Shown here piece after piece: positions 49,005-60,690 of a stretch of DNA of 64,000 bases (positions are counted from its first letter, which is position 1; each line of letters starts with the position of its first letter). The notes beneath the pieces were generated by a model. The model saw only the letters and a list, made by a program, of their open reading frames with translations. It did no database searches and was not told the DNA's origin. The stretch is taken from assembly GCA_963514005.1 (NCBI GenBank), contig OY740781.1, forward strand, positions 134,540,001 to 134,604,000, in the 5' to 3' direction. The stretch is from Raja brachyura (lineage: Eukaryota). The position numbers and the translations under genes were made by a program.

Positions 49005-49315
49005 GGGGCGGCACAGTGGTGCACCTGGTAGAACTGCTATCTCACAATGCCTGGGTTCAATCCTGACCTCAGGTGCTGTCTGTATGGAGTTTGCATATTT
49101 TCTCTGTAACCACATGGGTTTCCTCCAGGTGTCCTGGATTCCTCCCACATCCCAAAGATGTGTGACTTTGTAGGTTAATTGGCCTTTGTAAAATGCCCCG
49201 AATGTGTAGGGGAGTGGATGAAAAAGTGGAGTAATATAGAACTAGTGTGAACAGGTGATCGATGGTCGGTGTGGATTCCATGGGCCGAAGGGTCTGTTTC
49301 CTTACTTTATCTTTC
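49005..49315 (+). mobile_element. V-SINE in NPNT intron 1
   Basis: GGGGCGGCACAGTGGTGCA head, V-domain and CR1-like tail. Confidence 0.85.
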
Positions 49316-49960
49316 AATGAATTCAAACTCCATCAAGCTTCCTTGGTATAAAAGTCACACTCTTATCCCATATCTGAGCCAGCTGAACTTAAAGCAACTT
49401 GGACTTTCAAGATAACAGCAAAACTTCGGCTCTTGTATATTGTCTCAGTGGACTATTCATATACCCTATATACTGAATTAAGGATTGTTCTTTTTTTATA
49501 GTAATACTTTGCTGAACTGTATGCCCAAAAAATAATTTCACTGTGGGCTGGAACATGTGACAATAAAGAACCATTGAACCAGTATTTCATTCTTCTGTGA
49601 GGAGTCAAATTCTCATTTAAATAATTATTTTGTTTCTTCCAGTCTTTCAGGCAACACGTAATTTCAAGAGAGAGCTTGATAGAGCTCTTAAAGATAGCGG
49701 AGTCAGGGGATATGGGGAGAACGCAAGAACGGGGTACTGAATGCTGAATGTGGATGATCAGTCATGATCACATTGATTGGCGGTGCTGGCTTGAAGGGCC
49801 GAATGGCCTACTCCTGCACCTATTGTCTATTGTAACAACTCAATGCATGAAATAAACATTCCTGCGGGTAACTGGTCTTCACCCAGGCCCACCAGCACTG
49901 CGCACTAACTTTGCTAACACTTTAAATTTGTTTACTTTGGTCATCCACCTCCAGTCATTT

Positions 49961-50756
49961 TCTAATTTTATTATGAAAGGGAATAGACACAAAAAGCTGG
50001 AATAACTCAGCGGGACAGAGAGAGAAGGAATGGGTGACATTTCAGGTCAGAACCCTTCTTCAGGCTGAACGTGACTCACTGCTGTCTATCCCACTGAGTT
50101 GCCCCAGCTTTTTGTGTCTATCTTCGGTTTAAACCAGCTTCTGCAGTTCCTTCTTACACTTTTTGTCTAATTTTATTATAACCCCTCAAAATGTTTGAAG
50201 AAGTTACCTAGAAAATCACTTGAGGTGAGTGGTTGTAATCTGGTATGCATTGCCTGAGAAGCTGAGCAAAGTATTGGAGGAACTCAGTGGGTCAGGTAAC
50301 ATTAGTGGAGGGAATGGACAGGTGGTTTCAGGTTGGGGCCCTTCTTCAGACGAAGTTCCCGGTCCGAAGAAAGGTCCAGACTCAAAATGGCGCCAGTCCA
50401 TGTCTCTTCACAAATGCTGCCTGAACTGTTGAGTTCCTCCAGCACTTTATGTATGGTGCCAGCATTTTTAGTCTCTTGTATCTCTGCTGACTCCGGCGCT
50501 CTCACATATGAATGAGCTCTCGAATCATCAAGGGCTGGAAGGCCATGGGCCATGTGTTGGAAAATGAGATTAGTTTGTTGTAAGGAACTACAGATGCTGG
50601 TTTATGCAGAAGATACACACAAAGTACTGGAGTAACTCAGTGGGATAGAGTCACGTTCAGCCTGAAGAAGGTTTCCGACCTGAAACGTCACCACGCATCT
50701 TTCTCCAGAGACACTGCCTGAACTGCTGAGTTACTCCAGCACTTTGTGTTTATCTT
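49961..50756. mobile_element. Three clustered fold-back PLE-terminus elements (49961-50179, about 50265-50480, about 50578-50756)
   Basis: First has a 14-bp TSD TCTAATTTTATTAT. First and third share the junction CTTCAGGCTGAACGTGACTC in opposite orientation. Sense hammerhead core at 50662-50689. Confidence 0.78.
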
Positions 50757-51622
50757 AGGACAAATAGTTACTTGATTTTTGCATGGACATGGTGGGCCAA
50801 AGGTTCTATTTCTGCTTTGTAGAACATGCAGCACAGAGCAGTACAGCAGAGGGACAGGCCATTCAGCCCTCCACGTCTGTGCAGACCATAATTCCAATCT
50901 AAATGAATCCCATCTGCCTGCACATGCTCTGCATCTCTCCATTCCCTTCCCATTCATGCGTTTGTCTAAATGTTTCTTAAACATTGTGATTGTATTTGCT
51001 TCTGCCACCTTCCCCGGCAGTGCGTCTAGACACCAGGAATCTCTGTGTAAAAAAAATATTCTCTTTCACATCTCCTTCAAATTTATTTCCTTTCACCTTC
51101 AACTTATACCCTCTAGTTTTTTTACATTACCACCCTGGGAAAATGGCTAACAAATGGGACTAGCTTAGATGGGGCATGTTGGTCGGCATGGCCGAGTTGG
51201 GCCAACGGCCTGTTTCCGTGCTCCATGACTCCATCACCCTAACTATCTACCATATGCCTCTTCTAATTTTATAAACTTCTATCATGCCTTCCCTCAGGGT
51301 CTGACATACCAGACGAAATAATCCAAGTCAAGGGTTATGGGGAGAAGGCAGGAGAATCGGGTTGAGAGGGAATGATAGATCAGCCATGATTGAATGGTGG
51401 AGTAGGCTTGATGGGCCGAATGGCCTAATTCTGCTCCTAGAAGTTATGAAATGAATAAGTTTGCCCATTTGTCCCTATTCTGGACACAATGTTGTTCTTT
51501 GGCTCTAATCGCTGGGGGATAGATTCTCTCTCTCAGCCTTGGTACTTACAGCTCTTTGGTGGTTGGGTTCCCTCCCTTTTCCGGCAGCCACTGACTTTGT
51601 TCCAACCTTGTTCTACCTTCAG

Positions 51623-51720
51623 AGTCCGCAAGCAGCGTTCTCTTACGGGCATGTGCCGCTATGGCCTTCGGACGGACTGCTGCTGGGGATGGAACCGCAG
51701 ACCCTGGGGTCAGTGCCAAC
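51623..51720 (+). CDS. NPNT: Nephronectin coding exon 2, (R)VRKQRSLTGMCRYGLRTDCCWGWNRRPWGQCQ(P)
   Basis: CCTTCAG acceptor and C|GTGAGT donor; 98 nt. CRYG...DCCWGW...WGQCQ matches recalled NPNT rather than EGFL6, and synteny with GSTCD agrees. Confidence 0.95.
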
Positions 51721-52973
51721 GTGAGTACCACAACCTGCCAGCATGGGCTTCTGCACACGGCTGGGGCTTTCATAACACGGAGCTGGGGTTTCTGCGCACA
51801 TGCATCGGGTGCTTTTGCACATAGCCGCATCTTTAATGACAAACACGCAACATTCACTCGCGCTCACAGTTAATTCAGGACGTTTGGGTTTTATGCAAAC
51901 AGTTGGGTAAATTTGAAATCAGGAACTTCTAAGCTCTGCTACTGGGGTAATTACACACGACTGGGGCTTCAGAACATCTGGAGAGTTGGACAGTGAAGGG
52001 TATTGATCTGCACTGGAGATAGGGCTTTTATGAAATGTTGTGCCATTCGGATGCTGTCAAGGTAGCATATTAATGGACTGGAGGAAAGCTTTTTGAACAT
52101 AAATGCCTGCATGGGCACTTGAATTATTAAGGGTTAGAAGGCTATGGGCCATGTGTTAGAAAGTGAGATTTGGATCGATAGTTACTTGATTTTAGCATGA
52201 ACAAATGTACATAATTAAGATTATGTTTGGGGAGGGAGTTTTAGATTTTAATACAGCTGGGGTGAATTTGTGTGGAACTTTGAATTCCCACACACCCGGA
52301 GCCCTGAAGAGCTGAATGCCTGAACTCAGATATTTGACCTTTGGTAACAGTTCATCGCTTTGGCCAACCTACACTGTAACACAATTCTCCTGCTCTTGCT
52401 CCATATTTATCAATGATTGCTCAAAAAAAAACAGATGATCTTGAAAGTTTTAATTGACCCTTGGGTTTACACAACCCCCACATATTCCAACTCTCTACTC
52501 TTGTTTGTGTGTAAAGCATTTCCCTATTTTTATCCAGAATGGGATAGTTTCAATGTTAATATTATTCCCTCACTTTCCCACCATTCTCAATTGCTACGTC
52601 AGAGGTAAGATTTTTTGCAAATGCTAAGATCAGGTCATTCCTCGGTCATCTACAGCGAAGGCAAGTTTATCCACTAAACAGATTTATGATCTGTCGTCCA
52701 TGGAACACCCCTTCAAATTGTCATCCATTGGGGCATTAAGGAGAACGCAATCTTTCGCACACAACCAATTGAATAGTTCAATAGCTACCTTGATAAAAAT
52801 GAAATGCTTTGTTGTGGCATACAATCCAGTAAAACCATATGGTACATAAGCACAATCTTACAAAATAAAAGTGTGCAACGATTGAAAAATGGTAATTTCT
52901 TCTGAGGCAGTACACAAAGAGTCATCACTTTCTGGCTCTATATTGTAGCTTTCAAATTGAAACCCACAACATT

Positions 52974-53631
52974 TATTTATTACCAAGGTATTTTTCACCA
53001 CACATCCCGTCACCTCATCTACTGCATCCGGTGTTCCCAATGTGGGTTCCTGTACATCGGCAAGACCAAGGGTAGACTCGGTGACCGTTTCGCTGAACAC
53101 ATGCTCGATCCGCTGAGGCCTACTGCACCTTCCAGTTGCTAACCATTTTCAACTCCCTTTCCCATTCCCATACTGACCTTTCTATACTGGGCCTCCTCCA
53201 TTGTCAGAATGAGGCCACATGCAAACTGGAGGAACAGCACCTCATATTTTGTTTGGTTAGCTGACAAACCAGCGGTATGAATGCTGAGTTCTTTAATTTT
53301 AGGTAACATGTACAAACACTCCCCTATTCCCCCTCCCCCCCCCCCCAATTCCTCCATTAAAAGTCAATTAACCAGTTGCATAGCTCGCAACAATGTATCC
53401 CCCTTGTGATCGCACCATCCATAGCCAACAATTGGCCTCTCAGGGAACCACCCGGCCTGATGTCATCTGTTGCCTGCCATGATTTGTCCTGGTCTTTTCT
53501 TGCGTCTAGTTCCTCTCCCCGACAATCAGTCTTTAGAACGGTCCATGTCACTTATCCATTTACTCCAGAGATACTGCCTGACCTGCTGAGTTATGCCAGC
53601 ATTTTGTGTATTTCTCTATTTATTACCAAGG
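52974..53631 (+). mobile_element. 5'-truncated Penelope-like element with 15-bp TSD
   Basis: TATTTATTACCAAGG at 52974-52988 and 53617-53631; HLIYCIRCSQCGFLYIGKTKGRLGDRFAEH. Confidence 0.9.
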
Positions 53632-54951
53632 GCTGATTTTAAACTTGCACTGAGGTATTATGTAGCATTAGGGGCTGAAGGACAGGGGCAGGGAAAGTAT
53701 TTTACTCATTATTCAGTACAGGTTACACATCACTGCAGAAGCTTCTAACATCTGTGGCAAATGGCTGTTCATCCTTCCTCCCAGTCCATGTGTTTATTTT
53801 TGCACTTGCTTGCCTGGTGTTAAGTAAGGTTGCTGAAGGCTTTGACATTCTGCTGGGAATTTACATGTAAGGGGCTGCTTGGACCTGCGCAATCTTGCAA
53901 AACCTTCCTGCTGTTGTTCCACTCTAAAATGCATACTGTGTCACCTTGAAGAGATGGCAGCTGTAATTATTTAAAGAGGAATATATTTCAAACATTGTTG
54001 AAAAGCACATGCTCCAATGTTCCAGAGGTCAGTTGGTTCAGTGTCAATCGTATGCATCTTCCTCCAAATGAATCAGGCCATGCCTTAATGCCCTGTAGTC
54101 AGCACCCAACCTCTCCCTCACTCTCAGTCCTGCCAGAGGGTTTTGACTGTAACTTACTTGTCTGACACTAGATGGCGCAGTCTTCATGGTTGCTCCATGT
54201 GACAGAGACCTGAGGATGGTCTTTAACCTTCTCACATTTGGCCAGCTATGACGTTAGAACTCACCAAAACACATCAGAAACTGCCATGCCCTGTTCCAGT
54301 GCTAGCTTTCTAATGTATCCCAGTAATAGATGTATACCCAAGGAGAGAAGCAGATCCCCACAATAATCATTTAAAATATCTGCACGATGTGTGATTTTGG
54401 GCCTCTGTGCATATTCACCTGGTGATGTTTTAGACTCAAGCTCCAGTCCCTCCAACAATCCACAAATTTTAAATCCTTGGACCTCTCTTGTGCAGCACGT
54501 CTGCCCCCCATGACTAACAGTTGTAAAAAAGATTTCTGGTTAGTCCTAATCCCTGGCTCCACCCCATTGCCATGAACATTTGTTCCAGTATTCAAGAGCC
54601 AAGAGTTTTTTTATTGTCATATGTCCCAAAACGGAATAGTGATTCTTACTTGCAGCAGCACAACAGATATGTAAATATATTACTCTATAAAACCCATAAT
54701 AAACAACAAAAAATGTCAGTGCCAATACATATAAATATATAACAACCATACAAATCAATGGACAATAGTAATGCAAAGTCAAAAATAATGTCCCCAAATT
54801 TATATAGTTCGAAGACTATTTAGAGGTAGTAGTGTTTAATAGCCTGATGGTTGTAGGGAAGAACCTGATTCCATCTAGAATAATTTTTCACAACATTTGG
54901 AGAATGGATTCCAGATCACAGCATAGAAGTCTCTCTTCAGTTCATTTGATA

Positions 54952-57900
54952 TAACCATATAACCATATATAACCATATAACCATATAACAATTACAGCAC
55001 GGAAACAGGCCATCTCGGCCCTTCAAGTCCGTGCCGAACAACTTTTTTCTCTTAGTCCCACCTGCCTGCACTCATACCATAACCCTCCATACCCTTCTCA
55101 TCCATATGCCTATCCAATTTATTTTTAAATGATACCAACGAACCTGCCGCCACCACTTCCACTGGAAGCTCATTCCACACCGCTACCACTCTCTGAGTAA
55201 AGAAGTTCCCCCTCATGTTACCCCTAAACCTCTGTCCCTTAATTCTAAAGTCATGTCCTCGTGTTTGAATCTTCCCTATTCTCAAAGGGAAAAGCTTGTC
55301 CACATTAACTCTGTCTATCCCTCTCATCATTTTAAAGACCTCTATCAAGTCCCCCCTTAACCTTCTGCGCTCCAGAGAATAAAGACCTAACTTATTTAAC
55401 CTATCTCTGTAACTTAGCTGTTGAAACCCAGGCAACATTCTAGTAAATCTCCTCTGTACCCTCTCTATTTTGTTGACATCCTTCCTATAATTGGGTGACC
55501 AAAACTGCACACCATACTCCAGATTTGGTCTCACCAACGCCTTGTACAATTTTAACATTACATCCCAGCTTCTATACTCAATGCTCTGATTTATAAAGGC
55601 TAGCATACCAAAAGCTTTCTTTACCACCCTATCTATATGAGATTCCACCTTCAAGGAACTATGCACGGTTATTCCCAGATCCCTCTGTTCAACTGTATTC
55701 TTCAATTCCCTACCGTTTACCATGTACGTCCTATTTTGATTTGTCCTGCCAAGGTGTGGCACCTCACATTTATCAGCATTAAAATCCATCTGCCATCTTT
55801 CAGCCCATTTTTCCAACTGGCCTAAATCACTCTGTAGACTTTGGAAATCCTCTTCATTATCCACAACACCCCCTATCTTGGTATCATCTGCATACTTACT
55901 AATCCAATTTACCACCCCTTCATCCAGATCATTGATGTACATGACAAACAACAAAGGACCCAACACAGATCCCTGAGGCACCCCACTAGTCACCTGCCTC
56001 CAACCCGACAAACAGCCATCCACCATTACTCTCTGGCTTCTCCCATTCAGCCACTGTTGAATCCATCTTGCTATTCCTGCATTTATACCCAACAGTTGAA
56101 CCTTCTTAACCAACCTTCCATGAGGAACCTTGTCAAAGGCCTTACTGAAGTCCATATAGACAACATCCACTGCTTTACCCTCGTCAATTTCCCTAGTAAC
56201 CTCTTCAAAAAATTCAAGAAGATTAGTCAAACATGACCTTCCAGGCATAAATCCATGTTGACTGTTCCTAATTAGACCCTCTTTATCCAGATACTTATAT
56301 ATATTATCTCTAAGTATCTTTTCCATTAATTTGCCCACCACTGAAATTGCTAGGTTTACTTTTAGAGCCCTTTTTAAACAATGGAACAACGTGCGCAGTA
56401 CGCCAATCCTCGGGGACTATTCCCGTTTCTAATGACATTTGAAATATTTCTGTCATAGCCCCGGCTATTTCTACACTAACTTCCCTCAATGTCCTAGGGA
56501 ATATCCTGTCAGGACCTGGAGACTTATCCACTTTTATATTTTTCAAAAGTGCCAGTACTTCTTTTACTTTGAAACTCATAGTATCCATAGCTACTCTACT
56601 AGTTTCCCTTACCTCACATAATTCAATATCCTTCTCCTTGGTGAATACCGAAGAAAAGAAATTGTTCAATATCTCCCCCATCTCTTTTGGCTCTGCAGAT
56701 AGCTGTCCACTCGGTCTCTCCAATGGACCAATTTTATCCCTTGTTATCCTTTTGCTATTAATATAGCTGTAGAAACCCTTTGGATTTACTTTCACCTTAC
56801 TTGCCAAAGCAACCTCATATCTTCTTTTAGCTTTTCTAATTTCTTTCTTAAGATTCTTTTTACATTCCTTATACTCCTCAAGCACCTCATTTGCTTCATG
56901 CTGCTTATAATTATTGTAGATCTCCCTCTTTTTCCGAACAAGATGTCCAATTTCCCTTGAAAACCAGGGCTCTTTCCAATTTTTACTGGTTCCTTTCAAC
57001 CGAACAGGAACATAAAGATTTTCTACTCTTAAAATTTCCCCTTTAAATGTCCTCCATTTCTCCTCTACATCTTTCCCATAAAACAAAATGTCCCAGTTCA
57101 CTCCTTTTAAATCATCTCGCATCTCGTTAAAGTTAGCCTTTCTCCAATCAAAAATCTCAACCCTAGGCCCAGTTCTGTCCTTCTCCATAATTATATTGAA
57201 ACTAATGGTATTGTGATCACTGGACCCGAAGTGCTCCCCTACACATACCTCCGCCACCTGTCCCGTCTCATTTCCTAACAGGAGGTCCAGCACTGCCCCT
57301 CCTCTAGTAGGCACCTCTATGTATTGCTGCAAAAAACTATCCTGCACACATTTTACAAACTCCAAACCATCCAGCCCATTTACAGAATGTGTTTCCCAGT
57401 CTATGTGTGGAAAGTTGAAATCTCCCACAATCACTACCTTGTGCTTACTACTAATATCTGCTATCTCTTTACATATTTGCTCTTCCAATTCTCGTTCCCC
57501 ATTTGGCAGTCTATAATATACCCCTATAAGTGTTGCTACACCTTTCCCACTTCTAAGTTCCACCCAAATAGCCTCCCTAGATGAGCCCTCCAATCTATCC
57601 TGCCAAAGCACTGCTGTAATATCTTCCCTGACTAGCAATGCAACACCTCCACCTCTTGCCCCTCCAATTCTATCACACCTGAAGCAACGAAATCCTGGAA
57701 TATTTATTTTCCAATCACAGCCCTCCTGCAACCATGTTTCACTGATCGCCACAACATCATACTTCCAGGTGTCTATCCAGACTCTAAGCTCATCCACCTT
57801 TCTGACAATGCTCCTAGCATTAAAATATGCACATTTAAGAAACCCCCCATCTCTTGTTCTCTGTTTATTTCCTTTTTTTTCTTTCTCCTCTTGTGTCCGA

Positions 57901-58010
57901 GTGCTTCCCTTTTCTGCTTCCTGCCTCCCATTCTGTCTACTAGCTTTTGCTATTTGCATCCCTCGCCCCAACCATTCTAGTTTAAAGTCTCCCCAGTGGC
58001 CTTTGCAAAC
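54952..58010 (-). mobile_element. Young CR1 LINE: last codons of ORF1 plus essentially complete ORF2 (APE endonuclease and RT), broken by one short deletion
   Basis: 553-aa ORF (YFNARSI, AISETW, GDFN, SDH) and 445-aa ORF (MDFSKAFD, SGVPQGSVLGP, YADD) overlap where the usual NYRPVSLTS motif is deleted; (TATATGGT)n tail. Confidence 0.96.
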
Positions 58011-58294
58011 GTGATTCAGACACTTGTCCTCTGATTCACTGAACCTTTCGGTGAATGGGACCAGTTTTCCCTTGCTTCGTTATCAAAACACTTGAATTTT
58101 GAATCTCACTATTAAATCCCTCAACCAACTCTGTTCTAGCTATTTCCTGATACTAGAAGTTGCTCACTTCTGTACATGTTCCTGATATTCTTTCTAATAC
58201 GTCGTCTCCCGAATTGGGCACACCAATCTTGCTAAACCCATCTTAGAAAGGTTTAGCATAACTTTTTTGTTTTTGCATTCTTTGCCTTTATTTA

Positions 58295-58800
58295 GAGTTA
58301 TAGACTCATACAGAATCAAACAGACTCTTCGGCCCAACTTGTCCATGCAAACTAAGATATCCATCTAAGCTAGTCTCATTTACCTGCATGTGACCCATAT
58401 TCCTCTAACCCTTTCCTATCTATGTATCTGTTCAAATATCTTTTAAATGCAGTTATTGTACCTGCCTCAACCACTTCTTCTGGCAGCTCATTCCATTTAT
58501 GTACCGCACTCTGTAAAATTGTTGCTCCTCAGATTTCCATTAAATCTTTCCTCCCTCATCTTAAACCTGTGTTCTACAGTTCGTAATTCGCCAACCCGGA
58601 GAAAAAGACTCTGTGCATTCACCCTATCTGTGCTCCTCATGATTTTATGCCCTTCTATGAATTAGCCCCCAGTCTCCTACACAAGGAATAATGTCCTAGC
58701 CTGCCCAGAGTTTCCCCATAACTCAAACCCTCGAGACCTCGCAACATCCGCATTCTCTGCACTCTTTCCAGTTTAATGCCATATTTCCTAGAGCAGGGTG
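58295..58800 (-). mobile_element. Older CR1 3' fragment
   Basis: ORF 58655..58849 IKLERVQR..LEGLSY; 3' UTR like that at 25035. Confidence 0.8.
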
Positions 58801-60140
58801 CTATTAAGCAATTTTTCAACCTCAGGAATGAGTTCCCTATAGTTTGCAACTGATTGCACTTTTGTTAGACAATATGCACTATTGGTACTGCTGCAGCTGC
58901 TGGTGAAAGATAAAGCAATCATAGTCACAGCCAAATAGTTGGTGGTCAGGCTGGGGAAAGATGCAGTGGGTTATGTTTTTAAAAGACTTTTAACCTTAGA
59001 AATCTTACATCAGTGTTTCATTAAACAGGCTCACCCCACTTAAATCTCGAGAGGCATTAGAAAGTGCATCATAAAATCACACGGCAACGGTCATTTGATC
59101 CATCAGGTTGCAGCTGTCTTTGTGGAAGAACTGTCCAGTCCAGCTCCCTGCTCCTTTACCACAGCCTTTATATCAGGGACATCACAGGTGACAGTGTATT
59201 GGCCTTATTGCACAAGAGACAGGGGTCCTGTCGGAGTTTTTAAATGTTTTCACTGAGATGTGCATTATTTAGACTTTTCATTGCATAAAAAGGTTTGCCC
59301 AGTCATCTACCTGCAACGATCACCACTGCAATAAGCTCAGTTTGTTTGATACTGACCTTCTACTTCCACATATGGAGTCCTTTCCCTATTTATTTTCAAG
59401 ATTCGTTTTTTTTAAATTAATTTAAAAAAAAAACTGATTCTTTTGTAAAAGCTAGCCCAATATAAAAACAAGAAAGCTCAACCCCCAAAAAAACCAAAAA
59501 ATAAGATTTATGATAAATTATTGCAATGTGTTATTCGAAAAGCTATTTTTTAATATTTTTATATTTTTACAATATTTTTGCAAGCAACAGTATCATTGGG
59601 TGCCCTCGGATAACAATGCCTATAAGAGCATGTGTCAGTAAATGGCATGTCTGCTGCAGCCACAATGATGAATGATGCTAAGACTGTTTGCAGCCTGACA
59701 TTGCAAAATTAGAGTTCCTAACATCATCATGGCAACAGATACACTTACTCTAACTGACTCCTGCTTTGGACCGGGCAATTATCACTGAGAATCAGAGATC
59801 CAGTGGCAGTCTTGGCGAATGCTAAACGACCTGCCCTCCTAACCAGACTTAGAAGGCAAATGGAGAGGAATGTGTACAGTTCTCACCCTGTATCTCCCAA
59901 TCATTAATGTGAACAGTTCCCCCTGAGTGAACAGGGTGGTCTTGACCGGCACCAAAAATATTGTGACCCATGCTATGTGTTTTAGAGATTTTTTGATAGC
60001 GGTTCTATATCTGTGTGCGTCCGGGTGTGTTTGTGTGTATGTGTTTGTGTGTCTATGTGTACCGGAATGTGGCTTATTGCCACAATCAAGACCAACCACC
60101 TAAAAAGGCTCCGGAAATTCTCTGGATATTTGTTTTCCAG

Positions 60141-60191
60141 CTTTCATCCCGTTTTTGCAGAGAATATGCCAAGTAACGTACCCTCGGAAAG
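60141..60191 (+). CDS. NPNT: Nephronectin 51-nt frame-preserving cassette exon, (P)FIPFLQRICQVTYPRK
   Basis: TTGTTTTCCAG acceptor and AAG|GTTAGC donor; 51 nt, phase 1-1. Aligns without gaps to the recalled mammalian long-isoform insert PFYVLRQRIARIRCQLKA (PF, QRI and K shared). Confidence 0.8.
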
Positions 60192-60274
60192 GTTAGCTTA
60201 ACATATTTCTTACAATAATCTTGTTAATTCATGGCTTAAAGACGGTATGTGGAGCATCGAGTAATCTGAATGGC

Positions 60275-60690
60275 AGGTGTTGGCTTTGGTTGAGTGGTAG
60301 TGCTCCCACTTCTGTCAGTAGATTGTGGATTCATGTCCCACACCTGACCCTTGAGCACATCATCTACCGTGGCGCAGTTTAATAGCGTTGAAGGAATGCA
60401 GCCCTGTTGGAGATGCTGACTTCTGGCTGTTGAACAACCCTGTCTATGTTCTGAGGTGGACATCCAAAAAAATATTCCTGAAAACACTATCAAAGAAGAG
60501 CAAGCATTCCCCAAGGTGTCCTGTAAAAAAAATATCCCTTGACAAATCAGGTAATCTAGTTTTGTTGACTGTGGGACTTTACTGTGCACAAATTATCTAC
60601 TGCATTTACCTCAGTACACTTCATATGCACTCTACTGGGGTAAAAGGGTTGCTTGATATTCTTGCTATTCATTGCAAGATCGTTACTTTT
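60275..60690 (+). mobile_element. Ancient Deu-domain SINE (SacSINE1/AmnSINE-like)
   Basis: tRNA-like head, GAAGAGCA...GGTGTCCTG central block, and CTGTGGGACTTTACTGTGCACAAATT 3' block. Family assigned from memory of the consensus. Confidence 0.6.

Noticed and set aside
51615-51630. NAGNAG tandem acceptor at NPNT exon 2
   Set aside because: The sequence is CAGAG with AGs 2 nt apart, so the second AG would shift the frame.
51623-51720. EGFL6 as alternative identity
   Set aside because: DCCWGW and WGQCQ motifs, the 51-nt cassette exon and adjacency to GSTCD all favour NPNT.
55052-57971. Long 445-aa and 553-aa ORFs as a host or domesticated gene
   Set aside because: They are CR1 ORF2 with a LINE tail, have a close sister copy in the window and carry a frame-breaking deletion.
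59633-59700. C/D-box snoRNA-like ATGATGA...CTGA
   Set aside because: The boxes are only about 30 nt apart, with no proper terminal stem or recognisable guide.
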